Positions 29,400 through 37,844 of a stretch of 64,000 nucleotides of DNA are shown here, in pieces; the first letter of the stretch is position 1; every line of letters starts with the position of its first letter. The position numbers and the translations under genes are program-made. The notes under the pieces are model-generated. The model was not told the origin of the DNA. It did no database searches and saw only the letters and a list, made by a program, of their open reading frames with translations. The DNA comes from Nannocystis bainbridge (GTDB taxonomy: Bacteria > Myxococcota_A > Polyangia > Nannocystales > Nannocystaceae), in assembly GCF_028368995.1 (NCBI RefSeq), contig NZ_JAQNDL010000001.1, forward strand, positions 800,001 to 864,000, written 5' to 3'.

Positions 29400-30548
29400 T
29401 CAGAACCGCAGCGCCCCGCCCACGAACTCCCACGCCGTCCGCCGCCCGCGACGGTGCTGCAGCGCGTCGACCACCAGCCCGCCCGCGGCCGTCGCCGCCA
29501 GGCCGAGGCCTGCGCCGATCAGGCCGAAGCCGGTCATGTAAAGCACCTCGCCGCGCTCGACCGCCTCGCCGACCCACGCCTCGGCCGCGTTGGCAGTGAC
29601 GAAGAAGGTCGTCCCGTAGGCCAGCGTCGCCACCCCCGCCCCGGCCACCGCGCCGCCGGCGATCGCCTCGGCCGTCCACAGCCGGCGCCGCACCCCCTCG
29701 TCGCGCGCCAGCCCCGTCAATCCTGCCACCAACACCCCCGCGCCGAGCCCCAGCGCCACCGCCCCACCGCCGCCCCGCTCGGTCCAGATCGCCAGCGGAC
29801 GCCGGCAGCCGGCCGCGCTCGCGCCTGTCCCGCAGGACATGTCCTGCAGGACATTGTCGGCACCGCGCAGGCTGATCGCCGTGACCGCCGCCCCGCTGAC
29901 GATCCCCGCCCCGCCGATCAGCGGCGTGGCGATCGCCCACGAGCGCCGGCGCCGACGCTCGTCCGGCGCGCCCTCGGTCGCCCGCGGCAGCCGCGTCATG
30001 TCGGCCGCCAGCGTCGTCGCCTGGCCCTTCGCGCTGGTCACCTCGAGCCGCGCCTCCGCGAAGCCCGGGCGGGCGATCGTCACCACCCAGCGGCCCGGAT
30101 CGAGCACCAGGGTCGCCGCGCCGCCCTCGAGCAATTCGTCCCAGCGCGCCCGCAGCGTCAGCGCCTCGCCGTCGCCGTCGCGACGGGCCGTCAGCGTCAG
30201 CGCCTCGTCGGGGGCCACCGTCGGGTCGACCGCAAGATGCAGCGTGCCCGACTCGCGGACCGCCGACGCCGCCACCAGCTCGGCCACGTTGCGCGCGGTC
30301 CGATCTCGAGCTGCCCGCAAGGCCAGGTAACGCCGCGCCGCCAGCCGCGCGTGCGCCATGCGCCCCGCCTGCAACCACGCCTGGCTCGCCAGCAGCAGCC
30401 CCTGCGGGTGCCCCCCCGCGCGGAAGCAGGCCTCGCCGCGCCGCGCCGCGCCCTCGACCTGCCCGCGCCCCAGCGCCTCGCCGGCCGCGCGCACGCAGTC
30501 GGGCGCCGGCACCAGGACCATCCACAACGACAGCCCGAGCGCGCTCAC
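29400..30548 (-). CDS. TPR-like + PEGA-like membrane/exported protein
   Basis: GTGA overlap with the upstream gene; helical N-terminus, LDPGRWVVTIARPGF, glycine-rich hydrophobic C-terminal helices. Confidence 0.7.
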   Translation of the reverse strand: MSALGLSLWMVLVPAPDCVRAAGEALGRGQVEGAARRGEACFRAGGHPQGLLLASQAWLQAGRMAHARLAARRYLALRAARDRTARNVAELVAASAVRESGTLHLAVDPTVAPDEALTLTARRDGDGEALTLRARWDELLEGGAATLVLDPGRWVVTIARPGFAEARLEVTSAKGQATTLAADMTRLPRATEGAPDERRRRRSWAIATPLIGGAGIVSGAAVTAISLRGADNVLQDMSCGTGASAAGCRRPLAIWTERGGGGAVALGLGAGVLVAGLTGLARDEGVRRRLWTAEAIAGGAVAGAGVATLAYGTTFFVTANAAEAWVGEAVERGEVLYMTGFGLIGAGLGLAATAAGGLVVDALQHRRGRRTAWEFVGGALRF

Positions 30549-31630
30549 TGGATCTCCAGCCGCAACGGCACCACCAGCTGCGCCTGCGGCCCCGGCAAGA
30601 ACCGCGACTTCCCCAGCTCGTCCGCCACGCAGGCCCGCGCCGCCGCCGGCACCGCCCCATCGCCCGCCCGCACGCTCGCCCGCACGACCTCGCCCCCGCT
30701 CGCCACCACCAGGCTGCCGGTCAGCGCGGTGCGCCGACCGACGCCGATCGTGACATGCCCCAAGAGACAGGCCAATATTCGCGGCTCGGCCATCAGCGCC
30801 CGCGCCTGCCCGGCGATCTTGCGCCGCCGCTCGGCCGCCTCGCCATCGGCCTGCGCCACCGGCACCCACAACGACCCCGCGCCGCTCGCGTCACCGGCCG
30901 CCGCTTGCGAGTCCGCCGGAGCATCCGCCGGACCCGCTTCTGCCGCACGCCACCCGCCGTCACCCGCCGCGGAAACGTCACCAGCCCCCGGAGCTCCGCC
31001 CTCGACGGCACTCGCAGCCTCACCCTCGACAGCTTCAGCGCCGGGCCCCGCAGCCCCCCGCGCCTCGACACCGACCGCCCCCGCAGCGCCGCGCTCCTCG
31101 CCACCGACCGCTCCGCGGCCCTCCGCATCGGGCCCCCGCTCCTCGCCGTCCCGCGGGCCCGCCTCCGCACCTGGCGTTTCGGACATGCGCGAAACGACAT
31201 AAACCATCGCACATGTCCCGACGACCATGGCCCCGAGGACAGCCATTCGAAGGCCCGGGGCGAACGATCGCCGCGCCTGCGAGCCGGCGCGCGCCACCGC
31301 GGCCGAGAACCCTGGCGTTCGGCCCTGCGTCGTCGACCCCGTCGTCCGTGGCGCCTCGCGGATCGTCGACATCCCCGCGTCGCTGTCGCCCGCCGCCGGC
31401 TCGCGCGGAGCTAGATCTCGCGGGGCCCGGAGCATCGCCGCCGCGACCGCCCCTGCATCCGCCTCGCCGTCGCCCGCGCCGACCCCACGCCTCGCCGGAG
31501 CTCTCGCACGCGCGCCCGCCTCGCCCGCCTCATGCGCCGCCGCGCCGTCGTCTTCGTCGGCGCCCGCAACGGGTCCGCGCGTCGTCTCACCGGTCGTCGC
31601 GCTGCTCGTGCTGTCTCGCCACTCGGGCAT
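30545..31630 (-). CDS. Single-TM protein with a TonB-C/AgmX-PglI-like C-terminal domain
   Basis: Low-complexity N-terminus, TM near 31190-31250, Ala/Gly linker, C-terminal ILAC...VVASGGEVVRASV...ACVADELGKSRF; TATATT 7 nt upstream of ATG. Confidence 0.65.
   Translation of the reverse strand: MPEWRDSTSSATTGETTRGPVAGADEDDGAAAHEAGEAGARARAPARRGVGAGDGEADAGAVAAAMLRAPRDLAPREPAAGDSDAGMSTIREAPRTTGSTTQGRTPGFSAAVARAGSQARRSFAPGLRMAVLGAMVVGTCAMVYVVSRMSETPGAEAGPRDGEERGPDAEGRGAVGGEERGAAGAVGVEARGAAGPGAEAVEGEAASAVEGGAPGAGDVSAAGDGGWRAAEAGPADAPADSQAAAGDASGAGSLWVPVAQADGEAAERRRKIAGQARALMAEPRILACLLGHVTIGVGRRTALTGSLVVASGGEVVRASVRAGDGAVPAAARACVADELGKSRFLPGPQAQLVVPLRLEIQ
31181..31246. repeat. 14-bp phased array coinciding with a TM-helix coding segment
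   Basis: CATG 31184, CATA 31198, CATG 31212, CATG 31226, CAGC 31240. Confidence 0.8.
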
Positions 31631-31711
31631 CGTGCCGAATATACACGCCCGGCGAGCGGGGCGCGCGCAGGCGCGCATCGCGGCATTTGCTGCTACCCTC
31701 CGCGCCGCGAA

Positions 31712-33238
31712 ATGCCCGTCGAGCTCCACTTCGATCACGGCACGCTCATCATCCTCGGGGTCCCCGACGGTGACGCGCGGTTGGCTGCGCTCGTGAGCCT
31801 CGACAAGCGCACTGGCACGCATCGGGCACCTGCCCACCGATACCGCGCCATCGTCTCGCATCTCCACAACGCCCACATTCCTTACGTCGACAAAGCTCGC
31901 ATCTACGATCGCCTCGACCTCGCGCTGTCGGGCCCGCTCGATCCCTTCCCGCACCAGCGCGACGCTCTCGCTGCGTGGCGGGCCGCCGGGGGCGTCGGCG
32001 TCGTCGAGCTGCCGACCGGCGCCGGCAAGACCATCCTCGCCGTGCTCGCCATCGTCCACACCGGTCGGCCCGCGCTGATCGTCGTGCCCACCATCGACCT
32101 GATGTTGCAGTGGCAACAGGTCCTGGGCCACTGGCTGCAGCGCCCCATCGGTCTGCTCGGCGGCGGCAACAGCGACGCCCGCGAGATCACCGTCACCACC
32201 TACGACTCGGCCGCTGCCCAGACCGAGTTTCACGGCAACCGCCACGGTCTCCTCGTGTGCGACGAGTGCCACCACCTGCCCGCGCCCGCCTACCGCTTCA
32301 TCGCCCAGGGTTGCCTCGCCCCGTTCCGGCTCGGCCTCACCGCCACCTTCGAGCGCCCCGACGGCCTCCACAGCGTCGCCGCCGACCTCCTCGGCCCCGT
32401 CTGTTATCGGGCCAACATCGACGAGCTCGAGGGCGACTACCTCGCCCCCTACGAGGTCAAGTCACTCGCGGTCGCCCTGAGCGAAGAAGAGCAGGCCCGC
32501 TATGACGAGGCGCGCGCCCTCTACATCGATTTCCTGCGCGGCAGCGGCGTCAGCCTCGATCGCCCTGGCGGCTGGGCCCAGTTCATCGCTGTCTGCCACC
32601 GCAGCGAGGACGGACGCCAGGCGTTCGCCGCCTACCGCGAGCAGAAGCGGATCGCCTTCACCGCCGAGGCCAAGATCGAGGCCATGTGGCGCCTGCTCCT
32701 GCGTCACCGCCGCGACCGGATCCTCGTGTTCACCGAGGACAACGACACCGTCCACCGCCTGTCGCGCCTGTTCCTCCTGCCCGTCATCACCCACCAGACC
32801 CCGCCGAAGGAGCGCGTCTCGCTGCTGGCCCAGTTCGCCTCCGGCGCCCTGCCGGTGCTGCTCACCTCCAAGGTCCTCAACGAAGGCGTCGACGTCCCCG
32901 ACGCCAACGTCGGCATCATCCTCTCCGGCAGCGGCTCGGTCCGCGAGCACGTGCAGCGCCTCGGGCGAATCTTGCGCAAGAAAGAGGGCAAGCGCGCCAC
33001 CCTCTACGAGCTCTGCACCGCCGTCGCCGCCGAGCACGGCGTCAGCGAGCGCCGCCGCCAGCACCGCGCCTACCAGAAGGAGCCGCAGCCCCGCCGCGGC
33101 CCCGCCGTCCTGCGCCCCGGCCCGCTCGACCAGATCCCCGGCGACATGGCCGATGCACCAGGTCCTTCAGAACATGTCTCCGAAGACATGTCCGAAGCGC
33201 CACCCCGTCCCCGCTCGACCGCCGAGGGCGAATGCTGA
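31712..33238 (+). CDS. XPB/Rad25-like superfamily 2 helicase
   Basis: LPTGAGKT, VVPTIDL, DECHHL, LGLTATFER, VLNEGVDVP, QRLGRILR. Confidence 0.93.
   Translation: MPVELHFDHGTLIILGVPDGDARLAALVSLDKRTGTHRAPAHRYRAIVSHLHNAHIPYVDKARIYDRLDLALSGPLDPFPHQRDALAAWRAAGGVGVVELPTGAGKTILAVLAIVHTGRPALIVVPTIDLMLQWQQVLGHWLQRPIGLLGGGNSDAREITVTTYDSAAAQTEFHGNRHGLLVCDECHHLPAPAYRFIAQGCLAPFRLGLTATFERPDGLHSVAADLLGPVCYRANIDELEGDYLAPYEVKSLAVALSEEEQARYDEARALYIDFLRGSGVSLDRPGGWAQFIAVCHRSEDGRQAFAAYREQKRIAFTAEAKIEAMWRLLLRHRRDRILVFTEDNDTVHRLSRLFLLPVITHQTPPKERVSLLAQFASGALPVLLTSKVLNEGVDVPDANVGIILSGSGSVREHVQRLGRILRKKEGKRATLYELCTAVAAEHGVSERRRQHRAYQKEPQPRRGPAVLRPGPLDQIPGDMADAPGPSEHVSEDMSEAPPRPRSTAEGEC
33142..33193. repeat. 14-bp phased array in the helicase C-terminal tail
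   Basis: CATG 33145, CAGG 33159, CATG 33173, CATG 33187. Confidence 0.8.
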
Positions 33239-33480
33239 CCTCCGCTCCGCCGCCCTCGCTCGCGCGAGGCCACCTCACCGCCGGTTCGCCTCGCCAGACC
33301 CGGGAGGGCGAATGCTGACCTCCGCTCCGCCGCCCTCGCTCGCGCGAGACCACCTCACCGCCGGTTCGCCTCGCCAGACCCCGGAGGGCGAATGCTGACC
33401 TCCGCTCCGCCGCCCTCGCTCGCGCGAGACCCCCTCGCCGCCGGTTCGCCTCGCCAGACCCCGGAGGCCGAATGCTGACC
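33224..33480 (+). repeat. Three near-identical 80-bp tandem repeats spanning the helicase-stop / DUF790-start junction
   Basis: GAGG(G/C)CGAATGCTGACC recurs with ATG at 33232, 33312, 33392, 33472; units differ at only a few bases. Confidence 0.95.
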
Positions 33481-34677
33481 CGCGACCTCCTCGTGTTCCG
33501 CCGGGTCAAGGGCGAGCGCCTGCGCCCCACCTTCGTCGACCCTGACGACGACGATCACCTGGCCACCGCCGGCGCCCTGATCGAGCTCCTCAGCCACGGC
33601 GCCGGCGAGCCGCGCGGCGCCGTCGACGAGGCCGCCGACGCCATCTGCGGCGAGGCGCGCAAGGTCAAGGTCGCGCGCGGCCTCTACAAGCTGCTCACCG
33701 ACCGCTGCGAGTGGGACGACCCCGGCGACACCGCCATGAGCCTGCGCGCCGTCGCCTTCGCCCGCAGCGCCGAGGTCCTGCGCGACCTGTCCGAAGCGTC
33801 CTCGCTGTCCGACTACCTGGCCGCCATCGCCGCCGGCCTGCCGCGCCCGCTCGCCGACGTGCGGGCCCACCTCTACGACGACCTCGCCGAGCACCGGCGC
33901 CTGCTGTCCGCCAAGCTGCCGACCCCGGCCGCGCTGCTGGCCCGCTACAACCTCGCGCTGGCCCAGGGCCTCGTGCTCTACGCCGGCAGCCTCGACGTCC
34001 GGACCACCAGCCCCGGCCCGCTCGAGCTGCGCAAGCTGCTGCGCTGGCTCCGCTTCTCACGCCTGGTCGCCGACGTGCGCCGCGACGGCGACGGCTGGCA
34101 CCTGCGGATCGAAGGCCCGGCCGCGCAGCTCGACATGCAGAAGAAGTACGGCCTGCAGCTCGCTACCTTCCTCGGCGCCGTCCCGGTGCTCGGCAAGTTC
34201 ACCGTCGAGGCCGACATCGACCTGCCGCGCCAGTCTCGCGGCCGGCTCTACCTCGATCACAAAGACCCGCTCCGGGCGCTCGACGACGGCCCGCTCGGCC
34301 ACATCCCGCCGGAGATCGAGCTCGGCATGGCGAGCCTCGGCGACGCCCGCTGGACCCTCGAGCCGATGCCCGAGCTGCGCCACGTCGGCGCCGCCGGCAT
34401 GTGCGTGCCCGACTTCGGCCTGCGCGACGCCGCCACCGGCAAGTGCGTCGCCGTCGAGCTGTTCCACCGCTGGCACCGCCACGCCCTCCTGCGCCGCCTC
34501 GAGGAGCTCGCCGCCCGCCCCGACCCGCTCTTCCTCGTCGGCGTCGACCTCACCCTCGCCAAGGACGAGGCCCTCGCCGCCCGCCTCGCCGCCGCCCCCC
34601 AGGTCTTCACATTTAATAAGTTTCCGACCTGGAAGCGCCTGCAGCCGCTGCTAGAGCCGCTCGGCAGCCTGCTCTGA
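33472..34677 (+). CDS. DUF790 family protein (Bax1-like endonuclease partner of XPB)
   Basis: MLTRDLL start, YNLALAQGL, IEGP..L....KYGLQLA.FL, VPDF...VEL PD-(D/E)xK-like motif; directly downstream of an XPB-like helicase. Confidence 0.88.
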   Translation: MLTRDLLVFRRVKGERLRPTFVDPDDDDHLATAGALIELLSHGAGEPRGAVDEAADAICGEARKVKVARGLYKLLTDRCEWDDPGDTAMSLRAVAFARSAEVLRDLSEASSLSDYLAAIAAGLPRPLADVRAHLYDDLAEHRRLLSAKLPTPAALLARYNLALAQGLVLYAGSLDVRTTSPGPLELRKLLRWLRFSRLVADVRRDGDGWHLRIEGPAAQLDMQKKYGLQLATFLGAVPVLGKFTVEADIDLPRQSRGRLYLDHKDPLRALDDGPLGHIPPEIELGMASLGDARWTLEPMPELRHVGAAGMCVPDFGLRDAATGKCVAVELFHRWHRHALLRRLEELAARPDPLFLVGVDLTLAKDEALAARLAAAPQVFTFNKFPTWKRLQPLLEPLGSLL

Positions 34678-34678
34678 A

Positions 34679-34772
34679 CGCCATGCCCCTCGGGACATGT
34701 TCTAAACGACATGCACATTCGCCCATGTCGTTTAGAACATGTTCAATAGGACATGTTCAATAGGACATGTTC
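34679..34772. repeat. 14-bp phased RRRCATGYYY array, seven units
   Basis: CATG at 34682, 34696, 34710, 34724, 34738, 34752, 34766; last units are exact copies (ACATGTTCAATAGG). Confidence 0.95.
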
Positions 34773-34816
34773 AAGGATCGCCGAGCTCCTCGCGGTCCGC
34801 GCCGCGCTCAGGCACG

Positions 34817-34991
34817 CGAGCCCGTCGTCGTCGCTCGATGGTCCGCATGACGCCGCGAGCAGTCGCCAGTCCCCGAGCTCGTCGTCGTCGCTCGATGGGT
34901 CCGCATGACGCCGCGACCCATCACCAGGCCCCCGAGCTCGTCGTCGTCGCTCCATAGTCCGCAGGACGCCGCGAGCCGTCACCAGACCCCG
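34817..34991. repeat. Three imperfect 57-59-bp tandem repeats
   Basis: CGAGC(T/C)CGTCGTCGTCGCTC...GTCCGCA(T/G)GACGCCGCGA starting at 34817, 34874, 34933. Confidence 0.85.
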
Positions 34992-35067
34992 GATTCGTCG
35001 GTCCTGGCGCACATGCCCGATCGGCCATCTCGCCCCGGACCGCGCTAGCGCGCTCACCCTGGCGCGC

Positions 35068-35538
35068 TCACGCTTGCGGGTCGAGGTTGTCGCGCACCAT
35101 CTCGGTCGTGCGCGCGATCGCCTCGATCTCCTGCGGCGAGAACCCGGCGAACGCGCGGTCGAGCAGCGCGTTCGACACCTCGAGCAGCTTCGGCAGCGCC
35201 GCGTAGGCGCGGCGGGTCGGTCGCACCAGGATCGCACGGCTGTCGGTCGGGTCGGACGTGCGCTCGACCCAGCCCACGCCTTCGAGCGCGCGCACGAAGC
35301 GGCCGACCGTCACCTCCGACAGGCCCATCAGGTTCGCTAGCTGGCGGGCCGTCTGCGGCGCGCGCTCTTGAAACAGGTGGATGAGCACGCCGAGCTGCGC
35401 TGGCGTCACGTCCTGGAGCCCCGACTCGACCAGCAGGTCCGCCACCTTGCGCTCGAGCTCGCGGTGGATCCGCGACAGGTTGAGGTACGCCTCGCTTTGC
35501 AGCCGCCGCAGGCGCAGCTCGGACCCGGTCGTCGCCAT
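35068..35538 (-). CDS. MarR family transcriptional regulator
   Basis: VTPAQLGVL, QLANLMGLSEVTVGRFVRALE..GWVER..DPTDSRA. Confidence 0.92.
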   Translation of the reverse strand: MATTGSELRLRRLQSEAYLNLSRIHRELERKVADLLVESGLQDVTPAQLGVLIHLFQERAPQTARQLANLMGLSEVTVGRFVRALEGVGWVERTSDPTDSRAILVRPTRRAYAALPKLLEVSNALLDRAFAGFSPQEIEAIARTTEMVRDNLDPQA

Positions 35539-35729
35539 CGACCGCGCTTTCTACCAGAGCCGCGGCGCCGCAGGCTGCGCGTCCGATCGTCACCGCCGGC
35601 GCGCGCGAGCTGACAAAATGTCACGCTTACGCACCGGTCCACGTGTGGCAAGCCGCGCCACGTCAAACTCCCGCGAGGTCTTCACGTGTGGCATCCTGGT
35701 TGCACAGCCGTCGAGCGCTGCCACCGCCT

Positions 35730-37844
35730 ATGCGTCCGCACGACCTTTCGCGTCCTGCTGCTCTCCTCCTCGCCGGCCTGTGCGCCCTCGGACCGTCCGC
35801 CGAAGCCACCGCCCAGACCCCGCCCCCGAGCGGCGGCACCGGTTCAGGGGCCTCGTTCCCGCCGGCCGACGCGTTCACGATCCAGTACTGGCTCGTCAAC
35901 GAGAAGGGCAACTTCCTCCGGCCGCTGACGGAGAAGTACTTCAATCAGTTCATCAACCGGGCCCGCTGCCAGTGCGGGCAGCAGATCGGCGTCATCATCC
36001 GCCTCAAGAAGACGATGGCGGCCTATTCCACCGGCGAACAGCTCCAGAGCTTCGTCGGCACCCAGTGCTCGACCGCCGAGACCGCGCTCGCCGGCCAGTT
36101 CCGCCGCTGCGCCCAGTTCGGGGCCGAGCTGGTGTCCACCTATCAGCAGGGCATCACCACCTCGTTCCACCCGATCTGGCTGGCCAACGGCGTCAATCCC
36201 GACACGCCCTCGCGCAATCCGGGCGAGGCGTTCACCGCCGGCAAGTGCGACGCCAACGTCACCGGCGAGGCCGGCGTGTGGATGTGCGCGCCCAACATGA
36301 ACAACATGGGCAACTGCCAGGCCGACGAGTTCTTCGTCCAGGGCGCGCAGAACATCAACCTGCCGAGCAGGACCGGCGGCATCAAGTACGACTTTCAGCC
36401 GCCGCTGCTCAAGATCACGAACTTCACTGCCGAGCCGGGTGACAACGCCGTCGTCCTCAGCTGGCAGGCTGGCTCGGGCGACGTCAACGGCTTCCGCATC
36501 CTGTGCGAGGACGCCGCCACCGGCCAGCCCGTCGCGGGTCTTGCGAAGCCCTTCGCCCACCCGTACGAGACCATCCCCAACGGTCAGTTCTACTTCACCA
36601 AGGACAACCTCTGCCCGAACGGCCCCTTCAGCACCTTCAACTCCGGTGAGGACAACCCGCTCGGCACCACCAGCGACGGTGACGACAGCGACACCGACGG
36701 CATTGGCGGCACCGACTCGGTCGGCGACTCCGCCGGTGACACCGACGGCAGCGAACCGAACACCGAGTGCGGCAACGAGATCATCGAGGCCGGCGAAGAG
36801 TGCGACGACGGCGATGCCAACGCCGATGACGCGGCGTGCGGCAGCGACTGCACGCGCAGTCGCTGCGGGGACGGTCGAGTCCAGGCCGACGTCGAGGAGT
36901 GCGACGACGGCAACGACGAGGACGGCGACGCCTGCACGAACGCCTGCAAGAACGCCATCTGCGGCGACGGCAGCCTCTGGGTCGGCATGGAGAACTGCGA
37001 CATGGGCGCTGTCAACGCCGACGGCGGCGCGTCCCCATGCAACACGGAGTGCCAGGTCGTCGACTGCGCCAGCATGATGAACGGCTGCCCCGAATGCGGC
37101 GACGGCGTCCTGGTCGCTCCCAACTGCGATGACGGCCCGCTGAACTCCGACCACGCCACCTGCAAAAACGACTGCACGTGGAACGTGTGCGGCGACGGCT
37201 TCGTGTTCAGTGACCCGCCGGACGGCGGCATCCCGGAGGAGTGCGACGACGGCAACGACGATGACACCGACGCTTGCACGAAAGAGTGCCTGCGGGCCGT
37301 CTGCGGCGACGGCTTCTTGTGGGCGGGCGTCGAGCAGTGCGACGACGGCAACGACATCGACGACGACGATTGCGCCAACAATTGCCGCGAGCCCGCCTGC
37401 GGCGACAACATCGTCCAGTCCGGCGAAGAGTGCGACAACGGCGTCAACAACAGCGCCACCTCGAGCTGCAGCCCCGATTGCAAGTTCACCGCCAGCCCGG
37501 GGATGTTGAACCTCGACTGGCGCTACGTCTGCAGCGACCACATCCCGTTCAGCACCAAGAGCTACCGGATCCGCGGCCTCGAGAACGGCAAGGAGTACAA
37601 CTTCCTGCTCGTCCCGTACGACCTGATCGGCAACCCCGCGCCGGTCGACAACATCGTGCGCGCCATCCCCGTCGCTACCTACGACTTGTGGGAGCAGTGC
37701 GAGGAGGACGGCGGCATCTGCGGCGCCTCCGGCTATTGCAACGTTAGCGACGAATCGGGCGGCGGCCTGGCCCTGTTCACCGCCCTCGCAGCATTCGGCA
37801 TCGGCGGCCTCGGCGTCGCCAACCGGAGAAGGAACCGCGCGTGA
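35730..37844 (+). CDS. MYXO-CTERM-type surface protein with FN3-like domain and Myxococcus Cys-rich (DUF4215) repeats (MXAN_2561-like context)
   Basis: Signal peptide; repeated CGDG..EECDDGN...C...C; VVLSW and RIRGLENGKEYNF..YDLIGN; C-terminal Cys, TM and RRRNRA. Confidence 0.85.
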   Translation: MRPHDLSRPAALLLAGLCALGPSAEATAQTPPPSGGTGSGASFPPADAFTIQYWLVNEKGNFLRPLTEKYFNQFINRARCQCGQQIGVIIRLKKTMAAYSTGEQLQSFVGTQCSTAETALAGQFRRCAQFGAELVSTYQQGITTSFHPIWLANGVNPDTPSRNPGEAFTAGKCDANVTGEAGVWMCAPNMNNMGNCQADEFFVQGAQNINLPSRTGGIKYDFQPPLLKITNFTAEPGDNAVVLSWQAGSGDVNGFRILCEDAATGQPVAGLAKPFAHPYETIPNGQFYFTKDNLCPNGPFSTFNSGEDNPLGTTSDGDDSDTDGIGGTDSVGDSAGDTDGSEPNTECGNEIIEAGEECDDGDANADDAACGSDCTRSRCGDGRVQADVEECDDGNDEDGDACTNACKNAICGDGSLWVGMENCDMGAVNADGGASPCNTECQVVDCASMMNGCPECGDGVLVAPNCDDGPLNSDHATCKNDCTWNVCGDGFVFSDPPDGGIPEECDDGNDDDTDACTKECLRAVCGDGFLWAGVEQCDDGNDIDDDDCANNCREPACGDNIVQSGEECDNGVNNSATSSCSPDCKFTASPGMLNLDWRYVCSDHIPFSTKSYRIRGLENGKEYNFLLVPYDLIGNPAPVDNIVRAIPVATYDLWEQCEEDGGICGASGYCNVSDESGGGLALFTALAAFGIGGLGVANRRRNRA

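Noticed and set aside
33224-33480. Possible CRISPR array (regular 80-bp period)
   Set aside because: Whole units are near-identical with no unique spacers, and no cas genes are in the window.
34679-34991. Possible CRISPR or mini-CRISPR from the 14-bp and 57-bp repeats
   Set aside because: Variable parts are only 4 bp, or are homologous between units; not repeat-spacer architecture.
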